A program made the position numbers and the translations under genes. Source: Candidatus Omnitrophota bacterium (GTDB lineage: Bacteria > Omnitrophota > Gorgyraeia > Aquiviventales > Aquiviventaceae). From it: a stretch of 64,000 nt of DNA. The stretch covers positions 25,961 to 89,960 of the forward strand of contig JAHFGT010000002.1 in assembly GCA_023247275.1 (NCBI GenBank), in the 5' to 3' direction. Shown piece by piece: positions 47,271-55,860 of the stretch (positions within the stretch are counted from its first letter, which is position 1; every line of letters starts with the position of its first letter). Below the pieces are notes generated by a model, which worked only from the letters and a program-made list of their open reading frames with translations, was not told the DNA's origin and made no database searches.

Positions 47271-48361
47271 GGTTGTCGCTGCTTCAGCTCTTGCCATCCT
47301 GGCCGGTCGCTCACCGGCGAGGGGTCTGAGCTGATGGTGGCGATCTCCTGCAGGTCGGTGATCGAGACATCGTCGTCATTGAGCCGGTATTCGGCTTGCA
47401 ACCGGCGCCACACCGGAAATGGCAACTGACCTCGGCGCACCTCGCCGACCGCCTTGATCGTGAAATTCGCCGATGACTGGGTCGGATTGGCCGGGACAAA
47501 TCGCGCGCGGCGGGTCGAACCGTCTGTCATCGTGAAGGTGATCTCGATCCAGTTCTTCGTCGTCATGGTCGTCGTGGCAAACCAGATCTGGTTTCTCGTC
47601 CACAGATCACTGGCCGCGATCGTTTGCGTGGGAATCGCAATCGGCACACCCGAGCCGATCGGAGCGCAGCCAATTGATCGCCAATCCGCCCCGTTGCCAT
47701 TAATGTCCAGCCGCACGACCCCCTCACCCGCTCCAACAGGATCCCATTGCACGCTCACCTGGTTGAACCCGACGACCATTCCATCAGGCGGTGTGTCGCT
47801 CTGCAGCACATTGCGCAGCGTCCAGTCTTGCAATCGGTGGCGCTGGGTTCCGCCGCATGAGCTGCCGGCCGGCGCGGTCGCGAATGTGGCCGGAATCATC
47901 GCCGCCAAGAGAAAATCTCCGGCCTGGCCGCCGAGAATAAACACATCGTCATCCACCGGACCCGGCGCGCCTAAATCCGCCGGCACGGGATATTCGCCGA
48001 GACGGATGTTGTTGCCATCGGTTCCTCCTGGCCCATCGAAGCGGACATCATAGGCGGCTTGCATCACGCCGGCTTGGGCCAGATAGATGGCCTTGGCCTG
48101 CTGTTGCTGCAGGCTCGCGCGCTTGAGATGTTCGGCCAAGAGAATCGCAAGGCCGGTTCCGGCAAGCGCGACGATGACAATGAGGATGACCAAGCCGGCT
48201 AGCAGCCAGCCCGCCGTCGGAGGTTGGATACGACCGGATAACTTACTGCAATGTGCCGTTGGTGGATGAATAAGTATAAGTCTTGGATGTCGAAGAGACA
48301 GGATTGGTGAAGGTATAGGTCGTCGACGTAGTCTGCGTCCAGGTGGAATCCAAGATCCCAC
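47267..48361 (-). CDS. PilX-N/GspK-like large minor pilin; start uncertain
   Basis: TM helix WLLAGLVILIVIVALAGTGLAILL followed by SLQQQQAKAIYLAQAGVMQAAY (PilX_N-like). As drawn, the ORF overlaps the pilin gene by 119 nt. Confidence 0.6.
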   Translation of the reverse strand: MGSWIPPGRRLRRRPIPSPILSLRHPRLILIHPPTAHCSKLSGRIQPPTAGWLLAGLVILIVIVALAGTGLAILLAEHLKRASLQQQQAKAIYLAQAGVMQAAYDVRFDGPGGTDGNNIRLGEYPVPADLGAPGPVDDDVFILGGQAGDFLLAAMIPATFATAPAGSSCGGTQRHRLQDWTLRNVLQSDTPPDGMVVGFNQVSVQWDPVGAGEGVVRLDINGNGADWRSIGCAPIGSGVPIAIPTQTIAASDLWTRNQIWFATTTMTTKNWIEITFTMTDGSTRRARFVPANPTQSSANFTIKAVGEVRRGQLPFPVWRRLQAEYRLNDDDVSITDLQEIATISSDPSPVSDRPGWQELKQRQP

Positions 48362-48683
48362 CTGGAATCACCAATTCAAAGCACGCTTTTGTGGTGCACA
48401 CGGTCCCGTTGGCTTCGAGCGTGCCGCCGGTAATGCCGTTCCAGGTCGCCTCCAGGTTCGGCGGGAAGGTGCCGGCCCCGCCTCCGACCTGATTCTTGGC
48501 TGCGGTGGTCATGACTCCGGCGCGGACAGATCCCACGATGGCGTCGCGGCGAGAATCGTACGCTTCGGTGCGGATATCCACGAATCGCGGGATCGCGATG
48601 GCGGCGAGAATCCCGACGATGGCAATGACGATCACCAATTCCACGAGCGTGAACGCACGGCCTGGCCTACGATGGCGTGCCAC
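48243..48683 (-). CDS. Type IV pilin / major pseudopilin, copy 1 (downstream copy)
   Basis: 146 aa. GTG start. MARHRRPGRA|FTLVELVIVIAIVGILAAIAIPRF..., with a Ser/Thr-rich C-terminus. Confidence 0.85.
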   Translation of the reverse strand: MARHRRPGRAFTLVELVIVIAIVGILAAIAIPRFVDIRTEAYDSRRDAIVGSVRAGVMTTAAKNQVGGGAGTFPPNLEATWNGITGGTLEANGTVCTTKACFELVIPGGILDSTWTQTTSTTYTFTNPVSSTSKTYTYSSTNGTLQ

Positions 48684-48725
48684 GTCTTCTCCCTGTCGTT
48701 ATCCACCGACCGGGACCACACGCAG

Positions 48726-49166
48726 TTACTGCAAGGTGCCGTTCGTCGATGAATAGGTATAGGTCGTCGACGTCGAGGACACAGGGTTCGTGAAGGTATA
48801 GCTGGTCGCGGTGGTCTGGGTCCACGTTGAGTCGAGGATCCCACCTGGAATCACCAATTCAAAGCACGCTTTTGTGGTGCACACGGTCCCGTTGGCTTCG
48901 AGCGTGCCGCCGGTAATGCCGTTCCAGGTCGCCTCCAGGTTCGGCGGGAAGGTGCCGGCCCCGCCTCCGACCTGATTCTTGGCTGCGGTGGTCATGACTC
49001 CGGCGCGGACAGATCCCACGATGGCGTCGCGGCGAGAATCGTACGCTTCGGTGCGGATATCCACGAATCGCGGGATCGCGATGGCGGCGAGAATCCCGAC
49101 GATGGCAATGACGATCACCAATTCCACGAGCGTGAACGCACGGCCTGGCCCCTGATGGTTCCCCAT
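48726..49166 (-). CDS. Type IV pilin / major pseudopilin, copy 2 (upstream copy, stronger RBS)
   Basis: 146 aa from ATG 49166, preceded by GAGGAGGGGAAGG. MGNHQGPGRA|FTLVELVIVIAIVGILAAIAIPRF... Confidence 0.85.
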   Translation of the reverse strand: MGNHQGPGRAFTLVELVIVIAIVGILAAIAIPRFVDIRTEAYDSRRDAIVGSVRAGVMTTAAKNQVGGGAGTFPPNLEATWNGITGGTLEANGTVCTTKACFELVIPGGILDSTWTQTTATSYTFTNPVSSTSTTYTYSSTNGTLQ

Positions 49167-49296
49167 CCTTCCCCTCCTCGTTCGTGAACCCCGCACCATG
49201 AGCTTCACAGCCGCGGCAGCGGGGAAGACCACTGCGAGTCCTGCACGACTTTCATCCCGTCGTCGGCGGCAATTCCGTGGTACGGGGTGAACCGGC

Positions 49297-50448
49297 TTAG
49301 TGCGGTTGTTTGAACAACCGCACCATGTCCCACATCGGCAGATAGACCGCAACCGCCAGCCCCAATACTCCCAAGCCTACCACAACAATCAGCACGGGTT
49401 CAAGATATGTCAGCAATTGCTTCAGGGTTGAGCTGACTTGCTGATCATAGTACTCTGCCACATGCTGCAACAGCTCATCGACTTGCCCGGTCTCTTCCCC
49501 TGTCGCGATCATTTGCGTCACGATGGCCGGAAAGACCGGTTCGGTCCCCACCGCACTCGCCAGCGAGGTACCGCCACGGATTCGATCCGCGACCGCTTGG
49601 ACCCGCTGCTCAACGTACACATTGTTCACACTCTCGCCCGCCAGCGTCAGCGTCTCGAGCATCGGCACGCCGCTGCGATTGAGCGCGGCGGTCACTCGGG
49701 CGAACCGAGCCATCGCCACTTCGAGCAGCAACGGGCCGAAGATCGGCAGCCGGAGCTGCTGCGTGTGCCAGCGTAGCCGCCCCGCATCGGTGCGCCCATA
49801 CGATCGAAGGCCTACCACGAGGGCGACCAGTCCAAGCAGCAGCACCCAGCCATACCGCGTCCCCAGATCGCTGACAAGGATCAGCAGGCGGGTCGGCCAG
49901 GGCAGTTGCAATCGGAACGATCGGAACATCTCGGCAAAACGCGGAATGACAAACGTGACCATGATGACCATCGCGACGGAAAGGAAAAAGATCACGATGG
50001 CTGGATACAACAACGCCTCCATCAATCGCCGCCGCAGTTCTATCTCCCATTCGATGAGCCGTGCCAACTGCTGCAACACGCTCTCCAACAACCCAGACGC
50101 TTCACCGACCCTGATCAGCCCGATATAGACCGGATTGAAGATCCGCGGATACCGAGCCAGCGCCTGGGACAGCGTCTTGCCCTCCAACAGATCCTGATGC
50201 ACGCCTCGCAGGACACGCCGGAGGCTGGGCGAACTCAGCTGCCGCTGGAGCGCGCTCAAGCTGGACAGCAGTGGCACCCCGGCGCGTTGCAGGACCGCTA
50301 GTTGGCGGGTGAAGAGATAGCCGTCGGTCGGGGTCACCGGGCCATGGCCATCGCGACGGAGCCAGAGCGGCATGAACCGCTGCGCGCGCACGCCGGCACG
50401 CCGCATCACCGAGGTCCTGCTGGCTGTCCGCGTTACCAATTGCGCCAT
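49297..50448 (-). CDS. pilC: Type II secretion / type IV pilus platform protein (GspF/PilC family)
   Basis: 383 aa with two T2SSF repeats and 3 TM segments. Confidence 0.85.
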   Translation of the reverse strand: MAQLVTRTASRTSVMRRAGVRAQRFMPLWLRRDGHGPVTPTDGYLFTRQLAVLQRAGVPLLSSLSALQRQLSSPSLRRVLRGVHQDLLEGKTLSQALARYPRIFNPVYIGLIRVGEASGLLESVLQQLARLIEWEIELRRRLMEALLYPAIVIFFLSVAMVIMVTFVIPRFAEMFRSFRLQLPWPTRLLILVSDLGTRYGWVLLLGLVALVVGLRSYGRTDAGRLRWHTQQLRLPIFGPLLLEVAMARFARVTAALNRSGVPMLETLTLAGESVNNVYVEQRVQAVADRIRGGTSLASAVGTEPVFPAIVTQMIATGEETGQVDELLQHVAEYYDQQVSSTLKQLLTYLEPVLIVVVGLGVLGLAVAVYLPMWDMVRLFKQPH

Positions 50449-50463
50449 TCGATGAAATCCGCC

Positions 50464-52200
50464 TCACCGCTCTGTGGCCAGCTCGGCCGGAACCACACGG
50501 TCCAATTCGTCCAACGCTGTCAATCCCTGTTGCGCTTTCAGCAAGCCATCCGCCCGCATCGTCCGCATGCCGTGCTGGATGGCCAGTCGTTTGAGGACGT
50601 CGGAGCTGGCCCGGGATGTGATCGGCTCGCGGAACGACTCGGTCGCGAGGAGTAATTCGAAAATGCCCAGGCGTCCTTGGAATCCGGTCTGGCGACACGC
50701 GGCACATCCCCGACCCCGGTACAGCACGGTCAGATCTGGAAAGCGCTGCCGCAGCTTAAGGCTGGGTCGGCTGCCCTCCTGACACTGCGCGCAGATGCGA
50801 CGCACCAACCGTTGACCGATCACCGCCAGCAGCGTGCTGGCCAATAGGTACGGCTCAGCCCCCATATCCAGCAACCGAGCGACCGCTCCGGCGGAATCGT
50901 TGGTGTGCAGCGTCGAGAGCACCAGATGCCCGGTCAGCGCGGCATGGATGGCAATCTCGGCCGTGTCCTGATCGCGGATTTCGCCGACCATAATCACATC
51001 AGGATCTTGGCGCAAGATCGACCGCAAACCGGTCGCGAAGGTCACGCCAGCCTTCAGATTGATCTGCGTCTGACGGATCAACGGCAAGTGATACTCGACC
51101 GGATCTTCGATGGTCATAATGTTCTTCGTCATGGTGTTGATGTGGGTCAGAGCCGCATACAGGCTGGTGGTCTTCCCTGAGCCGGTCGGCCCGGTAACCA
51201 AGATCATGCCATGCGGCCGCTGAATGACCTGTTGAAACTGCCCCAGCACATCCGGCAGGAATCCGAGCTGCGGCAGTTGCAAGGCTAACGCTGCCGAGTC
51301 GAGCAATCGGATCACGATATTCTCCCCGGCCACGGTCGGGTAGGTCGAGAGGCGCAGATCAACCACGCGAGACCCGACCGGAAAGCCAATGTGGCCATCT
51401 TGCGGGAGTCGATGTTCGGCGATGTCCAGCTTGGCCAAGATCTTCAGACGTGAGCAGAGCGGCTCGTGCAACCCGATGGGAAACTGCTTGAGCTCATGGA
51501 GCACGCCATCGATGCGCACGCGCACTCGGGTCTGCCCTCCCTCAGGTTCGAGGTGAACATCTGAGGCCTGGAGGTCCAAGGCCTCGCGAATCAGCGCATC
51601 AACCAGCTTAATGATCGAGACGTCGTCTGTCGCGGTCGGGACCGGTCCAGCCACCAGTGCTGACGGTGACCTGTCTGCCGCAGGCCCGCCACCCGTCTGC
51701 GGCGCCCGAGCAGCCGTGGAGGACTTCGAGGCTTGCTCGACGACCTGCAAGCCGTAGTAGTGCTCGATTCCCCGACGGATCGCCTCGGCGGTGCCGACGA
51801 CCGGATGGATGATCGGCAACTTCGTGCACGCCCGCAACGCATCGATCGCCACCGCGTCCCAGGGATCCGCCATGGCGACCGTCAGCGCTTGTTGAATCCG
51901 GTACAGCGGCAAGACGTGATGCTTGCGCGCGACCGATTCCGGGACCAACTTCAGCGCCTCAGCATCCAGCTGATAATCCGACACGTCAACAAAGACGACC
52001 CCGGCCGCCTCAGCCTTGAGCTCAGCCACTTGCTGTTCGGTCAGCTTGCCGGCCGCCATCAGCAGCATCGAGGCTTCCACCCGCTGGCTCTCCGCGTTGG
52101 CCACCGCGGCAATCAGCTCGGCTTCGGTCACCAGCCCCTTGCTGACAGCCAACTGCAGCCAGTGGTCTTTGATTTTGAGGAGGGCGTCCAATGAGCTCAT
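50464..52200 (-). CDS. pilB: GspE/PilB-family assembly ATPase
   Basis: MSSLDALLKIKDHW... begins at ATG 52200, which overlaps the upstream stop (ATGA). It has a T2SSE_N domain, Walker A GPTGSGKTT, Walker B IMVGEIRD, and a tetracysteine CAQC...CAAC. Confidence 0.9.
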   Translation of the reverse strand: MSSLDALLKIKDHWLQLAVSKGLVTEAELIAAVANAESQRVEASMLLMAAGKLTEQQVAELKAEAAGVVFVDVSDYQLDAEALKLVPESVARKHHVLPLYRIQQALTVAMADPWDAVAIDALRACTKLPIIHPVVGTAEAIRRGIEHYYGLQVVEQASKSSTAARAPQTGGGPAADRSPSALVAGPVPTATDDVSIIKLVDALIREALDLQASDVHLEPEGGQTRVRVRIDGVLHELKQFPIGLHEPLCSRLKILAKLDIAEHRLPQDGHIGFPVGSRVVDLRLSTYPTVAGENIVIRLLDSAALALQLPQLGFLPDVLGQFQQVIQRPHGMILVTGPTGSGKTTSLYAALTHINTMTKNIMTIEDPVEYHLPLIRQTQINLKAGVTFATGLRSILRQDPDVIMVGEIRDQDTAEIAIHAALTGHLVLSTLHTNDSAGAVARLLDMGAEPYLLASTLLAVIGQRLVRRICAQCQEGSRPSLKLRQRFPDLTVLYRGRGCAACRQTGFQGRLGIFELLLATESFREPITSRASSDVLKRLAIQHGMRTMRADGLLKAQQGLTALDELDRVVPAELATER

Positions 52201-52970
52201 CGATGTTTCGCGAGTAACTCTTCCGCTTTGGCAATCAGTCCCCGACCGTCGCACGGTTTGGTCACATACGCGTCCGCACCCACCGCGTATCCGGTCTCCA
52301 CGTCTTCTTGACGGGCGCGCGCGGAGAACAGCATGATCGGGATGTGGTGAAATTTCTGGTCGAACTTCAGCAAACGACACACGTCGTACCCGGTCATTCG
52401 GGGCAACATGAGATCGAGAATCACCAAGTGCGGCTGTTCCTCCCGAGTGCGGCGCAACGCTTCAACGCCATCACGGGCGACAATGACCCGAAAGCCCGCC
52501 GATTCGAATCGCAGCTTCAGCGCGTGCTGTAGCTGCTCGTCGTCATCCGCCAATAGCAGTGTCCTGGATCGTGACACCTCTGTCGTCGGGGGATGGTCGA
52601 GAAATTGGTGCAGCACCTCGCGATGGTCGGCCGAAAATTCCAGAAACTCCAGTCCAAGTTTATAACCATCCTGCCCTTGTCCAAGTTTTTGAAACCAGTT
52701 CACTGAACTGATGGTGGCGATCGGTTGTTGGCGACCTGGCAGGGTGATGGCACAGAAGACACGGCCGCCCATGGGGATGTTCACATCACTATAGAGGCAC
52801 ACACCGCCTTGGCTCAAATCAACGGTGATCGTGCGTTTCAACAGATGGTCTGGGGGATAAGCAATCGGTCCGGGATCAGCAGGTCCGAACAGCGCATCCA
52901 GCGCCATGAGGTAGCGGGGAGATCGACGACGGTCGTTGCCGGGCGTGGCTGTGGTGGACGGTGTCGCCAT
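52197..52970 (-). CDS. PilZ domain plus response-regulator receiver hybrid
   Basis: PilZ motifs RRRSPR and DLSQGG. The REC domain has DDD, a phospho-acceptor context VILDLMLP, then FSA and YVTKP. Confidence 0.8.
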   Translation of the reverse strand: MATPSTTATPGNDRRRSPRYLMALDALFGPADPGPIAYPPDHLLKRTITVDLSQGGVCLYSDVNIPMGGRVFCAITLPGRQQPIATISSVNWFQKLGQGQDGYKLGLEFLEFSADHREVLHQFLDHPPTTEVSRSRTLLLADDDEQLQHALKLRFESAGFRVIVARDGVEALRRTREEQPHLVILDLMLPRMTGYDVCRLLKFDQKFHHIPIMLFSARARQEDVETGYAVGADAYVTKPCDGRGLIAKAEELLAKHR

Positions 52971-53012
52971 GGCCTGTCCCGAGGATGTCCCGAAGGACGG
53001 AACGCCCGCGGC

Positions 53013-53228
53013 TTAGCTCGGCCGCCGGTTCATCTGGGTCTCAAGCCACTGATCCAGGACGTCTCGCTTGAACCGCCACTGGCCGCCGATTTTGGCCGCA
53101 GGCACGCGGCCCTCGCGGGTAAGCTTGTAGACGGTCATGATATGCAGACCCAAATAATCGGCCACCTGCCGGAGCGTCATGATTTGTGCCGGGTGGCTGG
53201 TTCCGTTTTTCTTCATCCGCAGTCTCAC
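53013..53228 (-). CDS. Small excisionase-family (HTH_17/MerR-like) DNA-binding protein
   Basis: MTLRQVADYLGLHIMTVYKLTREGRVPAAKIGGQWRFKRDVLDQWL. The start is ambiguous (GTG 53228, ATG 53216 or ATG 53180). Confidence 0.7.
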   Translation of the reverse strand: MRLRMKKNGTSHPAQIMTLRQVADYLGLHIMTVYKLTREGRVPAAKIGGQWRFKRDVLDQWLETQMNRRPS

Positions 53229-53356
53229 CTGCCTTCCAGGTGAAAGTATGCCTGACCCGTCGCAAATTCTACAAGAGTTTTACGAGAATTTTATAACGAG
53301 TACGTTCTGTAAGGCGCGGCTGAGCGGGAATGAGGTTCTTTTGTGAGGAAATCGGG

Positions 53357-53422
53357 AAATCGGGGACAGCCACTCATTTCCCTATGTGAGGTTTCTAGGA
53401 AATGAGTGGCTGTCCCCGATTT
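53357..53422 (-). terminator. 25-bp perfect inverted repeat abutting the kdsC stop (terminator/insulator)
   Basis: AAATCGGGGACAGCCACTCATTTCC, a 16-nt loop, then GGAAATGAGTGGCTGTCCCCGATTT, with T-runs on both sides. Confidence 0.55.
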
Positions 53423-53965
53423 TTACTGGTAGCGCTGGAGCACTTGATCCCACAGCCCCTTGGCCTTGAGAATCAACTGAATCACTTCACGAACCGCGCC
53501 GCGTCCGCCAGCGCGTTGGGTGACATAGTGGCTCATCTGTTTGACTTCGTCGACCGCGTTGGGCACCGCGACGGCCAACCCGACGCGCCGTAACAGCGGT
53601 AGCTCCATGAGATCATCGCCGATTGCGCACACCTGCTCATGGCTGAGCCGCAGCCGCCGCAGCAGCCGCTCGTAGACCGGTAACTTGATCAGCTGGCCTT
53701 GCTGCACGACATCGATGTGCATCTCCTTTGCGCGCCGCTTGAGCAACCGAGATGTCCGGCCGCTGATAATGGCTGACTTCAGCCCGAGCCGGTGCCAGAA
53801 CACCAGCGCGGCACCATCCTGCACGTCGAAGCACTTCAGCTCATCCCCATACTCGGCGTACACGATCCGGCCGTCGGTCAGGACGCCGTCGGCGTCCAGC
53901 ACCAACAGCTGCACGCGCGCGGCGCGCAGATTCAGTTCTTCAGGACGAAGGGCGGTGGAGGGCAT
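53423..53965 (-). CDS. kdsC: 3-deoxy-D-manno-octulosonate 8-phosphate phosphatase
   Basis: 180 aa with the HAD motif LVLDADGVLTDG and a YrbI-family pattern. Confidence 0.9.
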   Translation of the reverse strand: MPSTALRPEELNLRAARVQLLVLDADGVLTDGRIVYAEYGDELKCFDVQDGAALVFWHRLGLKSAIISGRTSRLLKRRAKEMHIDVVQQGQLIKLPVYERLLRRLRLSHEQVCAIGDDLMELPLLRRVGLAVAVPNAVDEVKQMSHYVTQRAGGRGAVREVIQLILKAKGLWDQVLQRYQ

Positions 53966-53977
53966 GTCACGATATTC

Positions 53978-54055
53978 GATTCGTGTACGGGTGAACAGGT
54001 GTACGGGTGGTCATTCGCAGCTGAACAACCCGTACACCTGTACACCCGTTCACGG
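53978..54055. repeat. Octamer-unit palindromic element (family 1, copy d)
   Basis: GATTCGTGTACGGGTGAACAGGTGTACGGGTGG ... CCCGTACACCTGTACACCCGTTCACGG, between kdsD and kdsC. Confidence 0.8.
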
Positions 54056-54062
54056 TTCTTCT

Positions 54063-55022
54063 CTAGAATCCAGCCCGCAACAGATCCTGCACATCCAGCA
54101 GCCCGACCGGGCGGCGGTCTTGGTCAACGACGACCAATTCGTCGATCCGGTACTCTCGTAGCAGCCGGGCGGCTTCAGCAGCCAATCGGTCTGCTGAGAT
54201 GGTTTTTGGATTGCGGGTCATGACCGCACGCACCGGCCGGTCGACCAATCCTGGGTCGGTGTCGAAATGCCGGCGTAAATCCCCGTCGGTGAAAATACCG
54301 GCCAGTCGACCCTTGGAATCCACGATACTCGCGCTGCCGGCGCGCGCCTTGGTGATGGCCAAGAGCACCTTTTTCACGCGCGCGGTGTCCCGCAATACCG
54401 GATGCGACGCGCGGGTGCGCATCAGATCCGACACCTTGAGCAGCAGCCGACGGCCAAGTTGTCCACCAGGATGCAGCAGCGCGAAATCGCGCTCCTTAAA
54501 TCCCTTGCGCTCAGCCACGACTACCGCCAATGCATCGCCCATGGCTAACATGGCGGCCGTCGACGCGGTCGGCGCCAAATTGAGCGAGCACGCTTCCCGC
54601 TTCACGCTGACATCCAACGTCACATCGGCATGTTGGGCCACCGTCGAGCGCGGATGACCGGTCAATCCAATGAGCCGGGCGCCGATCTGCTTGATCACCG
54701 GCAACAGCCGAGTGAGCTCCTCGGTTTCCCCGCTGTTCGACAGCGCAATGACCACGTCATCTTTGGTGATCCGACCGACGTCACCATGGATCGCCTCAGC
54801 CGGATGGACCCAATGGCTCGGCGTCCCGGTGGAGGCCAGCGTCGCGGAGATTTTCTGGCCGATGACGCCGGCCTTGCCCATCCCAGTGACCACCACCCGG
54901 CCCTTGCAACTCACCACCGTCTCGACCGCGGCCTCAAACGAGGCGCCCACTCGCGGGATCAATCCGCGAATCGCCTCAGCCTCAATCTTCAACACGTCTT
55001 TCGCGCGCCGGATGCTCATCAC
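54063..55022 (-). CDS. kdsD: Arabinose-5-phosphate isomerase (SIS plus two CBS domains)
   Basis: 319 aa with the SIS motif VVVTGMGKAG and tandem C-terminal CBS domains. Confidence 0.9.
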   Translation of the reverse strand: MMSIRRAKDVLKIEAEAIRGLIPRVGASFEAAVETVVSCKGRVVVTGMGKAGVIGQKISATLASTGTPSHWVHPAEAIHGDVGRITKDDVVIALSNSGETEELTRLLPVIKQIGARLIGLTGHPRSTVAQHADVTLDVSVKREACSLNLAPTASTAAMLAMGDALAVVVAERKGFKERDFALLHPGGQLGRRLLLKVSDLMRTRASHPVLRDTARVKKVLLAITKARAGSASIVDSKGRLAGIFTDGDLRRHFDTDPGLVDRPVRAVMTRNPKTISADRLAAEAARLLREYRIDELVVVDQDRRPVGLLDVQDLLRAGF

Positions 55023-55860
55023 GTTGCCACAACCGACCGAATGGCTTGGATATCTTTGAGCAGCATCGGCAAGTCCGCGAGCTTGAGCATATTCGGGCCG
55101 TCGCAGGGGGCGCGATCAGGATCTTCGTGAATTTCCAAGAAAATCCCATGGCAGAATCCGGTCGCGACCGCGGCGCGGACCAGCGTCGGGACAAACTCGC
55201 GTTGCCCGCCGGAGACAGTGCCAAGCCCTCCTGGTAATTGAACAGAGTGTGTCCCATCGTAGATGACCGGATAGCCAAACCCGGCCATAATCTGCAGGCT
55301 GCGCAGGTCTGAGACCAGGTTGTTGTACCCGAAGCTGACTCCGCGCTCGGTGAGGAGGATCGAGCGATTACCGGCTTGCACCGCTTTGTCGATCACATGG
55401 CGCATGTCCCAGGGCGCAAGAAATTGCCCTTTCTTGATGTTGATCGGCTTGCCGGCCTTGGCGACCGCGGTGACAAAATCGGTCTGGCGCGACAGAAACG
55501 CCGGCACCTGGAGCACATCGAGTACGTCGGCGGCTGGTCCGACCTCCTCACGGCAATGCACGTCGCTGAGCACCGGCACGCCAAGCGCGCGTTTGACATT
55601 GGCCAGGATCTTCAACCCGGCCTTCACGCCTGGACCACGATACGAGCTGGCTGACGTTCGATTGGCCTTGTCATAGCTGCATTTGACGATGTAGGAAACC
55701 CCGGCGGCGCGGCACATCGTGGCGATTCGCTCGGCGTGCGACGCCAGATGCTGTTCACTCTCGATCACATCCGGCCCGGCGATCAGGACAAGGGGATGCC
55801 CTGGACCAATCGACACCTGACCCACATGGACCGCCACCTGGGACGGCGAGGTGGTGGTCA

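Larger units (their letters stand above)
48243..49166. repeat. Tandem duplication of the pilin gene (483-bp period)
   Basis: 48354-48667 matches 48837-49150 with no differences that I can see (314 bp). The flanking 3' 111 bp differ at about 23 positions. Confidence 0.9.

Noticed and set aside
51900-52200. An MshEN-type c-di-GMP-binding motif in the PilB N-terminus
   Set aside because: The segment LQLAVSKGLVTEAELIAAVANA has the hydrophobic spacing but lacks the RLG start and terminal Gln of the 24-residue MshEN motif. I call it only a generic T2SSE_N domain.
53013-53228. The excisionase-family HTH as evidence for a prophage or integrative element
   Set aside because: There is no integrase, att-like direct repeat pair, tRNA target or phage gene in the window. 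HTH_17 proteins also occur as ordinary regulators.
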